IMG/VR virus record: IMGVR_UViG_3300037047_000246
DNA: 64,000 nt
Strand: one strand, 5' to 3'
Origin: a virus
Taxonomy: Duplodnaviria; Caudoviricetes
Both the position numbers and the translations under genes were made by a program. Positions 20,304 through 29,347 of the stretch are shown here, in pieces (the first letter of the stretch is position 1; each line of letters begins with the position of its first letter). A model generated the notes under the pieces. It ran no database searches. It worked only from the letters and a program-made list of their open reading frames with translations, and was not told the origin of the DNA.

Positions 20304-22595
20304 ATGGCAAAAGCGAAGACATTGGCGGCGCTGCTGCGCGAACTTCTCCCTGGCCAGCATTTGGCACCCCATCATAGGTGGGTGGCGAACAAGTTGCTGA
20401 TGACGTCAGGTGATGCCGCGGCTTTTGTGATCGGCAAGAGCGTCTCCGATCCTGTTCGGGGCTCCTTCAGGAAGGACGTGATCACGAAGGCCGGCAGGAT
20501 TTTCAAAAAAGATGGGCCGGACGCCGCCGCCGCCTTTCTGGACGGAAAATGGGAAGACAGGCCGCCGAATTTTCAACCCCCCGCGAAGGCAGCCATCGTG
20601 GCCATCAGCCGCTCTTTCGATGAGTGGCCAATCGTCAAAGTCTCTTGTGCCATTCAGCAGTACCTGTACGCGCTGCCAGTTCAAGAGTTTGAGTCTAGCG
20701 TGCCGGAAGCTAGAGCACAGGCTCACGCGGCGTGGTTTCAAGACACTGGCGTGGACGATTGCAACTTCAAGTCTACGCAGGGCCTGAACGCGATCTTCAA
20801 CCATGGCAAGCGCACTTACGAAGGTGTGTTGAAGAAGGCACAAAACAGGAATGATAAGAAAAACCTCCGCTTGGAGCGCATCAACGCCAAGCGCGCGGAA
20901 GCCGGACAGGCTCCTCTGGTCGCTGGCCCTGATGAGTCTCCTACAGACGATGCCGGGTGTTTGTTGCATCCGCCAGGCATAAATGCAAACATATACTGTT
21001 ATCAGCAGGTTTCCCCGAGGCCTTACGAACAGTCATGCGGCATTCAGCTTCCGCCGGAGTATGCCGGATATAACCGGTTGTCGAATGTTGCGATTCCACC
21101 GATGCCGAATCGCCTGGATATCCCTCAAGGCCAGCCGGGATACGTGCCGGAGCACCACAGGCATGGTATCAAGAAGTTCGGCCGAGTCCGCAAGAGGTAT
21201 GGCGTGGTGCCAGGACGGAACAGAGATGCGGATGGCAAGCGCACGCGCCAGGTTCTAACCGAAGCCGGCGCCGCAGCCAAAGCCAGAGATTCGGTTCTCG
21301 CTGTGATCCGCATCGGTGATGACTGGACAGTAGTCGATTTGCGCGGCTTGCTGAGAAATGCGCAGTGGCGCAAGCTTGTGCCAGATGGCGGCATCACTGT
21401 CCAGGGTCTGCTTGATCTTTTCACTGGCGATCCGGTGATCGATCCTCGGCGCGGCGTGGTGACTTTCATTTACAAGGCTGATTCTGTAGGGATACATTCC
21501 GAGAAGGTTTGTCGTGGTAAACAGTCGAAGAACCTGCTGGAGCGCCTATGTGCAATGCCTGAAAAAAGCTCGACACGTCTAGACTGCGCGAGGCAAGCAG
21601 TGGCTCTAGTGTCTGTGGACTTGGGGCAGCGCAATCCAGTCGCAGCAAGATTTTCCAGAGTTTCCCTCGCAGAGGGGCAACTTCAGGCGCAGCTGGTCAG
21701 TGCGCAGTTCCTTGACGACGCGATGGTGGCAATGATCCGAAGCTATCGCGAGGAGTATGACCGCTTCGAATCGCTCGTGCGAGAGCAAGCAAAAGCGGCT
21801 TTGTCGCCCGAACAACTGAGCGAGATTGTCAGGCATGAAGCGGACTCAGCAGAGTCGGTTAAATCCTGCGTCTGTGCGAAGTTCGGTATCGATCCGGCCG
21901 GACTTTCGTGGGATAAAATGACATCGGGTACATGGCGCATTGCCGATCATGTTCAGGCGGCAGGCGGCGACGTCGAGTGGTTCTTCTTCAAAACTTGCGG
22001 CAAAGGCAAAGAAATCAAAACGGTGCGACGCAGTGATTTCAACGTGGCGAAGCAGTTCCGGCTGAGGCTCTCGCCCGAAACTCGCAAAGACTGGAACGAT
22101 GCCATTTGGGAATTGAAGCGTGGGAACCCTGCGTATGTCAGTTTTTCTAAGCGCAAGTCGGAATTCGCTCGCCGCGTCGTGAATGATTTGGTGCATCGGG
22201 CGCGGCGCGCTGTTCGATGCGACGAGGTCGTCTTTGCAATCGAAGATTTGAATATCTCTTTCTTCCACGGCAAAGGCCAGCGCCAGATGGGGTGGGATGC
22301 CTTTTTTGAAGTGAAACAGGAGAATCGATGGTTTATTCAGGCGCTGCATAAGGCGTTTGTCGAGCGAGCTACGCACAAGGGCGGCTATGTCTTGGAAGTG
22401 GCTCCTGCCAGGACGAGCACGACTTGTCCGGAGTGTAGGCATTGTGATCCGGAGAGCAGGCGTGGTGAGCAGTTCTGTTGTATCAAATGCCGTCACACGT
22501 GCCACGCGGACTTGGAAGTGGCCACATTCAATATCGAGCAGGTGGCGCTTACAGGTGTGTCTTTGCCGAAGCGCCTTTCAAGTACGCTTTTGTAG
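20304..22595 (+). CDS. cas12j: CasPhi (Cas12j) type V effector nuclease, about 763 aa
   Basis: RuvC-I VSVDLGQRNP; RuvC-II FAIEDLN; Zn ribbon CPEC..C/CIKC; RuvC-III ADLEVATFNI. CasPhi-typical segments include PPGIN, RLDIPQGQPGY, DLRGLLRN and KQENRWFIQALHKAF. Adjacent to the array. Confidence 0.93.
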   Translation: MAKAKTLAALLRELLPGQHLAPHHRWVANKLLMTSGDAAAFVIGKSVSDPVRGSFRKDVITKAGRIFKKDGPDAAAAFLDGKWEDRPPNFQPPAKAAIVAISRSFDEWPIVKVSCAIQQYLYALPVQEFESSVPEARAQAHAAWFQDTGVDDCNFKSTQGLNAIFNHGKRTYEGVLKKAQNRNDKKNLRLERINAKRAEAGQAPLVAGPDESPTDDAGCLLHPPGINANIYCYQQVSPRPYEQSCGIQLPPEYAGYNRLSNVAIPPMPNRLDIPQGQPGYVPEHHRHGIKKFGRVRKRYGVVPGRNRDADGKRTRQVLTEAGAAAKARDSVLAVIRIGDDWTVVDLRGLLRNAQWRKLVPDGGITVQGLLDLFTGDPVIDPRRGVVTFIYKADSVGIHSEKVCRGKQSKNLLERLCAMPEKSSTRLDCARQAVALVSVDLGQRNPVAARFSRVSLAEGQLQAQLVSAQFLDDAMVAMIRSYREEYDRFESLVREQAKAALSPEQLSEIVRHEADSAESVKSCVCAKFGIDPAGLSWDKMTSGTWRIADHVQAAGGDVEWFFFKTCGKGKEIKTVRRSDFNVAKQFRLRLSPETRKDWNDAIWELKRGNPAYVSFSKRKSEFARRVVNDLVHRARRAVRCDEVVFAIEDLNISFFHGKGQRQMGWDAFFEVKQENRWFIQALHKAFVERATHKGGYVLEVAPARTSTTCPECRHCDPESRRGEQFCCIKCRHTCHADLEVATFNIEQVALTGVSLPKRLSSTLL

Positions 22596-22637
22596 GTGCG
22601 CATAGAGTGTGAAACCTCCGGACTGAGGACTCTCTAG

Positions 22638-22799
22638 ATGCTTCTGTACTACTATTTGACCCTGGCGCTGTTCGCTGGCGTCGCGCTTGGCGCGGCACTC
22701 ACAAACTTTGCGATGAATGCGCGGATGCGCGAGAACGCGGCCAACGGGCGGCGCATGTGCGCTGGCGGCAGGCTCTACGAAGTCAAAGATGTGATTTGA
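22638..22799 (+). CDS. Small single-pass membrane protein, 53 aa (not in the ORF track)
   Basis: GAGGA RBS 8 nt upstream; MLLYYYLTLALFAGVALGAALTNFAMNARMRENAANGRRMCAGGRLYEVKDVI. Confidence 0.6.
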   Translation: MLLYYYLTLALFAGVALGAALTNFAMNARMRENAANGRRMCAGGRLYEVKDVI

Positions 22800-22857
22800 G
22801 GCTGGCGCTGCCCGCCGCATTTCGCTGCCGCTGAATCGTTAATCTTCTGGCCTGTGC

Positions 22858-23757
22858 ATGGCACTGACAGCTTCAGGCGGCGGATTCACTTTCAGTTTGG
22901 CTTCTGTCGGAGGCGTTTGGAGGTGGACCGTTGTGGCCTCCAGCCTCAACACTCCGAGCCAAAATTACCAAATTCAGGATGTGGCGACCCCCTGGGGTCC
23001 GCTTCACGTTGCGGCGGCTCCGCTTCCAGCTGACGTGGTTGCATCTATGGCTCAGTCCATAATCGAGGTGGGGGACCAAATAAAGCCAGGGATGGCTTTG
23101 GCGTCTTCTTTGACTTCCTTCTCCATCGGCATCACCGAAGGCGACGCCAGAAGGTCCGCGGGAACTGTCCAGGTGAGGAACGATGGGGGATTCGGGTCCT
23201 TCATGTCCGTTGCGGCCACGTCTGACGTGCCATGGCTTTCAGTGCTGACTCCGGCCACCGCCGGCGTGACCAAGGGTCAGACTGCCTCGTTCAGCTTCGA
23301 CGTGGTGCCTGACTCCATGTTGGCGTTGCAGTCGCCCTACGTGGGCCACATCAGGGTGCAAGATTTGAATGACCCGGCTTCGTTCATAATCGCCACAGTG
23401 ACTGTGCTTGTGTTGCCGAGGCCGCAGATTCAAGTCAATACGAACGCCGTTTCTGTTGTTTGGTCGATTAGTACTCAGACGCCGTCTGTAGCCAACCTGG
23501 TCGTTACTAACAGTGGGCCCGCCACCTCTTCGTTGAACTGGTCAGCTACTAAGCTGGCTGGATCCGCATGGCTTTCTGTCTTGCCGTCTTCTGGCGGACC
23601 GCTGGACTCAGGGGCTACGGCCACTTTGGCCGTGTCCGTGGTTGCGGCTTCGGTGCCGCAGTTGGTGGGGAGCTACGTGGAGACTGTCAGAATTGCGTCC
23701 CCCAACGCTTCTAATGGATACGTTGACGTTCTTGTGACCCTGACTGTCGAACCCTAA
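22858..23757 (+). CDS. BACON/Ig-like domain virion protein
   Basis: Two beta-sandwich repeats with ATSDVPWLSV and AGSAWLSV, VTNSG, YVGHIRV and YVETVRI. Confidence 0.7.
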   Translation: MALTASGGGFTFSLASVGGVWRWTVVASSLNTPSQNYQIQDVATPWGPLHVAAAPLPADVVASMAQSIIEVGDQIKPGMALASSLTSFSIGITEGDARRSAGTVQVRNDGGFGSFMSVAATSDVPWLSVLTPATAGVTKGQTASFSFDVVPDSMLALQSPYVGHIRVQDLNDPASFIIATVTVLVLPRPQIQVNTNAVSVVWSISTQTPSVANLVVTNSGPATSSLNWSATKLAGSAWLSVLPSSGGPLDSGATATLAVSVVAASVPQLVGSYVETVRIASPNASNGYVDVLVTLTVEP

Positions 23758-23780
23758 TTTGTTTTTAAACTGGTGAAATC

Positions 23781-24041
23781 ATGAGTACCCTGAAAATCGA
23801 AGACTTTCGATTTTCGTCGAGTTCCATCGACGAATTCTTCGCTGACCTAAAGCCTGCCGCAAGAGTAAGCTCCAGCCGGATCAGAGTCGCAGGACTCCAC
23901 CAGCTCGCAGGTTTCGAAATGCTGTCTGACGACAAACTTGTTAGACTGTCCCAACAAGACTTCTGGAAGCTCGGTCAGGATAATGAAGGATACTTCATCG
24001 AGCGCCTCGTGGACGACGACGCAGGGCCCGTGCGAGGCTAG
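23781..24041 (+). CDS. Hypothetical protein
   Basis: 86-aa ORF in the head module. Confidence 0.6.
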   Translation: MSTLKIEDFRFSSSSIDEFFADLKPAARVSSSRIRVAGLHQLAGFEMLSDDKLVRLSQQDFWKLGQDNEGYFIERLVDDDAGPVRG

Positions 24042-24100
24042 CCTGGCGCGCGTTTGGCGCTGTGCTCCGAAACATAAGCTCATTATGGTGTGTGGCTACC

Positions 24101-25243
24101 ATGGCAGATCGAACACCAATGGATCTTGAGAGAATTGCTCGCAAGCTGTGCGCCTCCGGCGCAGTTCGCACGGCTGGCACCATCGAGTTCGTTAAGGACC
24201 AGGGGCCTGTTCGTCGCGATGTCAGAGTTAAGGGATACAAGTGGTCGTCCGACGCCCTGAGAGACTTGGCCAAGATTTTGTGGGCCAGTCAGCGAGCTCA
24301 TAGCTACGCCATGGCTGCGTTGCGGATTTTTTCCAAAATGCCGTCTTCAGAGTTTAGCCCTGACGGCCTTTTGGGCGGCAGGGGCTACATCCAAAGCGTG
24401 AAGGACATGCGCAGCGGTCTGGCCAACACAGTCGAGCTGATGTCGTCTTTCACAGACACGGTGCATGACGAAATTAATGCTGAGCATTGGTCTTCCGTTG
24501 AAGACAAAGCTGATATCCAGGGGCTCGTAGACGACGCCGCAGAAGTGAAATCTAACCCTGAGGGGTTTGTTGAGGGAGAGTTCGAGGAAGAGGGAGAAGC
24601 GGAGCCGCTGGTGAACCCTGTTGCGGAAAATCCTGTTGTCGAGGGACAGAGCGAAGACGACGAGGACGACGAAGCGCAGGAGCAACCGGGGTCGCAAATG
24701 CCGCCTGACTACCCCAGAGTGTCTTCTGGCGTCGATTACGACAGGTACGCCGTTGCTTTTGACAAGATGATTCGCCACAAGCGTGTAGCCTCCAGGCAGG
24801 CGGGAGGAGCGCTTGACGAACTCCCTTTTCAGGGTGGTGAGCCGCTGATCACTGAGGTCGATTTGCCTGGACCGAGAGCTTACAAAATCGGCCCTGCCGT
24901 GAATCCGGACCTGGACGTGGAGGCTCAGATTCTGGACGGAGCAGCTCCCCAGAATCCTTGCGACGAGCAAGAGCTGCTCATCAACAACGGCTTGGCGCTG
25001 CCCGATCAGGCGTACCCCACGGACGGCGACGATTATCGTTTGTCTTTCGCCGCCAATCCGGAGAGTTACTCCTGGCTGCCCGGAGCCGACAACGACAAGC
25101 CTATGCCTTGGTACGGGCTAGGGATTACAGACGCGGACACCAAGTGGATGGAAGAAAACTGTCGGCCGAACATGCCTCCGGGCATTCTGCCGGAGGCGCT
25201 GGAGCCTGACATGGTGTCGCTCTGGGACGGAGTGAAGTCCTGA
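24101..25243 (+). CDS. Hypothetical acidic protein (putative virion/head)
   Basis: ORF 24062-25243; ATG at 24101; N-terminal DLERIARKL. Confidence 0.65.
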   Translation: MADRTPMDLERIARKLCASGAVRTAGTIEFVKDQGPVRRDVRVKGYKWSSDALRDLAKILWASQRAHSYAMAALRIFSKMPSSEFSPDGLLGGRGYIQSVKDMRSGLANTVELMSSFTDTVHDEINAEHWSSVEDKADIQGLVDDAAEVKSNPEGFVEGEFEEEGEAEPLVNPVAENPVVEGQSEDDEDDEAQEQPGSQMPPDYPRVSSGVDYDRYAVAFDKMIRHKRVASRQAGGALDELPFQGGEPLITEVDLPGPRAYKIGPAVNPDLDVEAQILDGAAPQNPCDEQELLINNGLALPDQAYPTDGDDYRLSFAANPESYSWLPGADNDKPMPWYGLGITDADTKWMEENCRPNMPPGILPEALEPDMVSLWDGVKS

Positions 25244-26235
25244 TGCCCGCGCAGTTGCCCACCACAGACACACTGAACCGCCAGGTAAACACGTTCGGCA
25301 TTGGCACATACGACCAGTCTCCTGGTGGAGACGCAAGAGAAGAAGGCGACAGCGAAGTTCGAGGCGAGTCTCTTCCGGCCACCAAGAATTTTGTCGATGG
25401 CAAATCTGCGGACTCTCCTGACGATGGCAGTCAGTATTCTCCGCTGTCTGAGTTTGGTCGAAACGGGTCTGCCGGGTTGCCTGGCGATTTGGACCGGCCT
25501 TCGCAGTCGAGACGACGTCCTGAAAGCAGCGTGATCCAGCCAGTGGTGCAGTCTGTGGCGGAGTCAGCGCTGCCTAGCGACGAAAACAATCCGCCAGCCC
25601 GTGCTGACTACTACGACAAGACTAAGGTTGGAGAAACTAGGTTGCCGGGTCAGCCAAAGAATGACCAGACTCTGGAAAGGTTCCTTGGCGCTTTCGGAAA
25701 CATGTGGTCGGGTTGGGAGTGCGACGATGTGGCACAACCCACTTCGTTCCCAGGCAACGACAGGCCCCCAGAGGAAGCAGACAAATACGTGAGCGTTCCT
25801 GTTGGCTCGTCCAGACGAGCTGGGCGCCCTGAGGAGAGCGGCATCATGCAAAAACTAGCCACGAACTTGGACCTTGTCGGCACGCTCGCCGCAGACTTCT
25901 TGAAGAAGCGCGACAAAAAAGGCATCACGCGCCGCCACGTCATGTCTTTTCTGCAAGAGGCCGGATATCACCAGTATCTGGCGTCTGACGTGATTCGATG
26001 CCTGCAGCAGAGGCACAACGTGCACGTGGCTGATGTGCTGGATCAGTTTCCTGTTGCGACCTCCAAGGTTGCCGCCAGCGTGTCTGCCGCCAGAGAGCTC
26101 GTCAATCTGGCTGGCCGCATGGCTTCTGCAAAGTCCGAGAACCGGTTTGCCGCAGCAGTGCTGGGGAAGCTTTCCAGTACTGCTGTGAGCGACGCTTCGG
26201 CGATGTTTCAGCACATTTCTGCCGAAACTGAGTAA
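25243..26235 (+). CDS. Hypothetical protein
   Basis: 330-aa ORF coupled to the upstream stop (TGATG). Confidence 0.65.
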   Translation: MPAQLPTTDTLNRQVNTFGIGTYDQSPGGDAREEGDSEVRGESLPATKNFVDGKSADSPDDGSQYSPLSEFGRNGSAGLPGDLDRPSQSRRRPESSVIQPVVQSVAESALPSDENNPPARADYYDKTKVGETRLPGQPKNDQTLERFLGAFGNMWSGWECDDVAQPTSFPGNDRPPEEADKYVSVPVGSSRRAGRPEESGIMQKLATNLDLVGTLAADFLKKRDKKGITRRHVMSFLQEAGYHQYLASDVIRCLQQRHNVHVADVLDQFPVATSKVAASVSAARELVNLAGRMASAKSENRFAAAVLGKLSSTAVSDASAMFQHISAETE

Positions 26236-26343
26236 AGTCCTGTCGATTTTGACGCCTGACTTCGACGCGCTCGAATTCGCTGCACAAGCGGTTGTTCGAG
26301 CCAGTCAAGCTTGAATAGCCCTATGATGGATGAGTAAGCGGAA

Positions 26344-28290
26344 ATGGCGCGAAAAATTCCTGATATTGGGTCGACCGGAGTCGGAGACATCAGCGCGGTA
26401 ATGCAGGACCGTGGCTTGTCGGATTTGTCATGGCTGGATGTGGACCCTGAAGACTACAGGGCCAAAGAGGCGCTGCCGAAGCAGAACCTGGACATCATAC
26501 CGGAGCTTCAAAGAGCCCTGACGTACGACGACAGCGGGGTGCCGGCTTTGATTCCGCTGCGTCCTCACACTCTGGTCAACACCAATCCTCTTGATGCGCC
26601 CAGTGCTGTAAGCAAGACGTCCTCCGCCGAAGTTGCGAACAAAGTGGCTCGCCATCTCATGTCTGGAAGCGCACCCAGACAAGTAGGCGAAAAACTCATG
26701 CTTGAGTTTTCACCAGGGCAGATCAGGCATGCGTCAGCAAGCATTTCTTCGGTGTTGTCTGAGCGCGGCCTCATAGGCAATGTGTATGTGGACTCCAAGC
26801 ATTTTCCAAGGTGTTCTCAAAACAGCGACGACAAGAAGTTCGTTGCCACTCGTGCTGCCGGGGCCAAGTTCGTGCTCTCGAAGAGCGAGTGCTCAGGCTG
26901 CCTCCACAATCGAGGCGGGATGTGTGCCAATTTGCACAAGCAAATCGTGCATAGCGTACCTTATGACAAAAAGACGTTCGCCCATTACGCAGTACAGCTT
27001 TCGTCAGAGGGTAGGTTGGACAGTGCAGGGCTCGATGCGGCACTGACCGGGTCTGACTTCGACAGGCGAAGAGTGCTCAAGTCCAGCTTCAGCACGCCCG
27101 CTCTCCAAGCCAAAGCGGACTCCAGCGGACTTTATTTGAGGCATCAGGCCAAAGTGGCCAAGCCTGCAGTGACAGACGAGCAAGCCGATGCGTACTTGGC
27201 GCGGCCTCGTAGCGATCAGCCTGTGCTTGGCAGAGGGTTCACTGCCGCCGTAAAGCATCTCATGCTTGGAGGCTCCCCGGACCCTCTGCACGGGTCGCTG
27301 GACGACAGCGTCAGGCGCGTTGCATCGGAGCACGGCCTTCTCGGTCACACGTATTTGGATATGGACGCGCTCGGCGGGTGCGGCGTCACCCTGAGTTTCC
27401 TGTCTCGCATGGACTACATGCCTGACTTCATCGTTCGCAGGTCGTCTTGCTGCGAAGAATGCAAAGGGGCGTCGGACGGCGCCTGCGCGCAAATCCAGAA
27501 AATTTGCCACATCAGCGATCGCTCTGATATTGGCAAAGAAAACTTTGTTGCTGCTTTGCTCAGAGCAGCAGACCGAGGTGCGATAGATATTGAGCAAGCC
27601 AGGCATGCAGCGTCTAAGGCGCCAGCAAAGTCCAACTGGCGCCGGCTGACTGCTCAAGCCAACTTCCTGCAGCCAGTCGAGGGCAAAGCTACCTACTCCG
27701 GTGCTCGAGTGTCGGCACACTACGGCGCTATCGTTCCTGCCAAGGAAATGACGCCGTCTAAGCCTATGGACGCCGAAGAAGTGCGCCGCAGCATTTCCCA
27801 TATGATGAACACAGGACTGCGCGGCAAGGCTTTGGCGGCTGCTATCTTGCAAAGGTACGCTCGCAGCGATTTGGCCCGGGTGCCGCGCGTTGGCGCCAGT
27901 CTCGCTGGCAACGACGGCGTCCAAGGCACATACTTTATAGATCCCACAGCGTACTCTGACTACGGCAGGGGTTGTGTGATCGGGGCCAAGAAGTTTCGCA
28001 AGATTGGTGCTGAAAACGTGTTCGCAGGAGAATCTTGCATTGGATGCGCCATGCAGACGGCACCGGGTTGGTGCGCCAAGTATGCCAAGTCTTTGATCCG
28101 TAGCGTTCCTGCCTCGGTTGCGGCAGCTGCCGCTGAGGCAAAGCGCAGGCCTGTCGCATGCAGCGATGCTCCTGTGGACAATCCGGTGGACAGCTACCAG
28201 TTGTCCGCCAGCATTACTGTGGAGCCTGACAAGAGCCGGGTTTTGCCTTCTGTGCAGTTCGCCGATTCTGATGCTCTAGACGCTGTCTGA
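26344..28290 (+). CDS. Hypothetical protein with three repeated Cys-rich (CxxC...C) modules
   Basis: Each module has a G(N/H/T)xY(V/L/I)D segment followed by CSGC, CEEC or CIGC and a further C. Confidence 0.7.
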   Translation: MARKIPDIGSTGVGDISAVMQDRGLSDLSWLDVDPEDYRAKEALPKQNLDIIPELQRALTYDDSGVPALIPLRPHTLVNTNPLDAPSAVSKTSSAEVANKVARHLMSGSAPRQVGEKLMLEFSPGQIRHASASISSVLSERGLIGNVYVDSKHFPRCSQNSDDKKFVATRAAGAKFVLSKSECSGCLHNRGGMCANLHKQIVHSVPYDKKTFAHYAVQLSSEGRLDSAGLDAALTGSDFDRRRVLKSSFSTPALQAKADSSGLYLRHQAKVAKPAVTDEQADAYLARPRSDQPVLGRGFTAAVKHLMLGGSPDPLHGSLDDSVRRVASEHGLLGHTYLDMDALGGCGVTLSFLSRMDYMPDFIVRRSSCCEECKGASDGACAQIQKICHISDRSDIGKENFVAALLRAADRGAIDIEQARHAASKAPAKSNWRRLTAQANFLQPVEGKATYSGARVSAHYGAIVPAKEMTPSKPMDAEEVRRSISHMMNTGLRGKALAAAILQRYARSDLARVPRVGASLAGNDGVQGTYFIDPTAYSDYGRGCVIGAKKFRKIGAENVFAGESCIGCAMQTAPGWCAKYAKSLIRSVPASVAAAAAEAKRRPVACSDAPVDNPVDSYQLSASITVEPDKSRVLPSVQFADSDALDAV

Positions 28291-28340
28291 CGCAGGTTGC
28301 TTCCGGATGCGATGCATCGCTCAGTACGGTTTACATACCT

Positions 28341-28931
28341 ATGAGCGATGACAAAGGTCCTTCCGACAATGGCGGAAGCGACGACAAAAACGACAATCTG
28401 ATACTCTTTCCTGGCGGCAAAGCTGTGGACCCTGCGGACGTAGGTCCCGGGTTTGTGGTTGGCAGCTCAGGTCAAGTTCCTACCGGAGAGCTGCTGGATC
28501 CGGCCGATATCAAGAGGGACCTTAGGGACCGCGTTGCTTACGTCAAGGACCAGCCTTTGGTCAAGGTCATGGCCGAGAGCTCTGCTCAGGCCATGGACGT
28601 GCTTCTCGTCGAGATAGCCGAGGAAATATCGCATCTCAAATGGGAGAGGCGCAAGGCGGCCAAGGACGGCAAAAACACAGCTCAATACACGGTGGCCCGC
28701 ATCAACGGCTTGCGCTCTTTGGCGGAGGCCTTGATACGCCGCAAGGAAGCTGCCAGGGCCGAGCACCTAGATTTGAAGTCCCCCCGCTTGCAAAAGATTT
28801 TCAAAATTTGGATGCAGCTGTTCTACGAGGCCATGGAGAAGTCCGGCGTGTCCTCTCAGGACATCAACGTCGTCTTTCAGCAGATGAAAGCTGATCTTGT
28901 TGGTTGGGAGCAGCGCATGGAGAGCGAATGA
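28341..28931 (+). CDS. Hypothetical helical protein; candidate terminase small subunit
   Basis: Helical 196-aa protein just upstream of terL; the assignment is positional only. Confidence 0.4.
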   Translation: MSDDKGPSDNGGSDDKNDNLILFPGGKAVDPADVGPGFVVGSSGQVPTGELLDPADIKRDLRDRVAYVKDQPLVKVMAESSAQAMDVLLVEIAEEISHLKWERRKAAKDGKNTAQYTVARINGLRSLAEALIRRKEAARAEHLDLKSPRLQKIFKIWMQLFYEAMEKSGVSSQDINVVFQQMKADLVGWEQRMESE

Positions 28932-29134
28932 GCTGCACCATCATGGATCGTATGATTGCCAATGCTGTCCGGCAGATCCAGGAGCATGAAGACGCCCGCA
29001 TCATTGAAGCCATAAGTAACATGACGTGCTGTTACGATGGCGACGGCACAGGCATTTGCGACAGGTGCGGCCTTCCTGTTGCGGCAGACGGGGTATGCCC
29101 AGTGTGGGAAGTGTCTCAGATCATGGATTCATGA
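28928..29134 (+). CDS. Small Zn-finger-like protein ending CPVWEVSQIMDS
   Basis: Start overlaps the upstream stop; CDRC...CPV. Confidence 0.6.
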   Translation: MSCTIMDRMIANAVRQIQEHEDARIIEAISNMTCCYDGDGTGICDRCGLPVAADGVCPVWEVSQIMDS

Positions 29135-29346
29135 ACCACACGAGCGTATCGCATCAGGCTCGTTGCGACATCGTTAGACAATGCGACGAGGAAGCTTTCT
29201 CGCAGCTCCCGGGTGAGCCGTGGCGCTACGAGCAAGACGGCCGAACATGTTCGGCCTGTGGTCAGGCGGTTTGCCGCGTGTGCGGTGCACACGCCGAGGA
29301 ACCGTGCCCTGTGTTCCCCGGAATAGCGCAAATCATGGAATCGTGA
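29131..29346 (+). CDS. Small Zn-finger-like protein ending CPVFPGIAQIMES
   Basis: ATGA coupling; CSAC...CRVC...CPV. Confidence 0.6.
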   Translation: MNHTSVSHQARCDIVRQCDEEAFSQLPGEPWRYEQDGRTCSACGQAVCRVCGAHAEEPCPVFPGIAQIMES

Positions 29347-29347
29347 C

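Noticed and set aside
19303-20377. ORFs overlapping the CRISPR array on both strands (for example 19303-19683, 19893-20189, 19934-20305)
   Set aside because: They are translations of repeats (IATPKDCSIRRD, LQRLKIARYVET), not genes.
20406-22505. Long antisense ORFs opposite cas12j, recD2, terL, portal, MCP and VWA (for example 3956-4945, 37010-37705, 48347-49456, 53394-54587)
   Set aside because: Shadow ORFs from GC-rich biased codon usage; no motifs.
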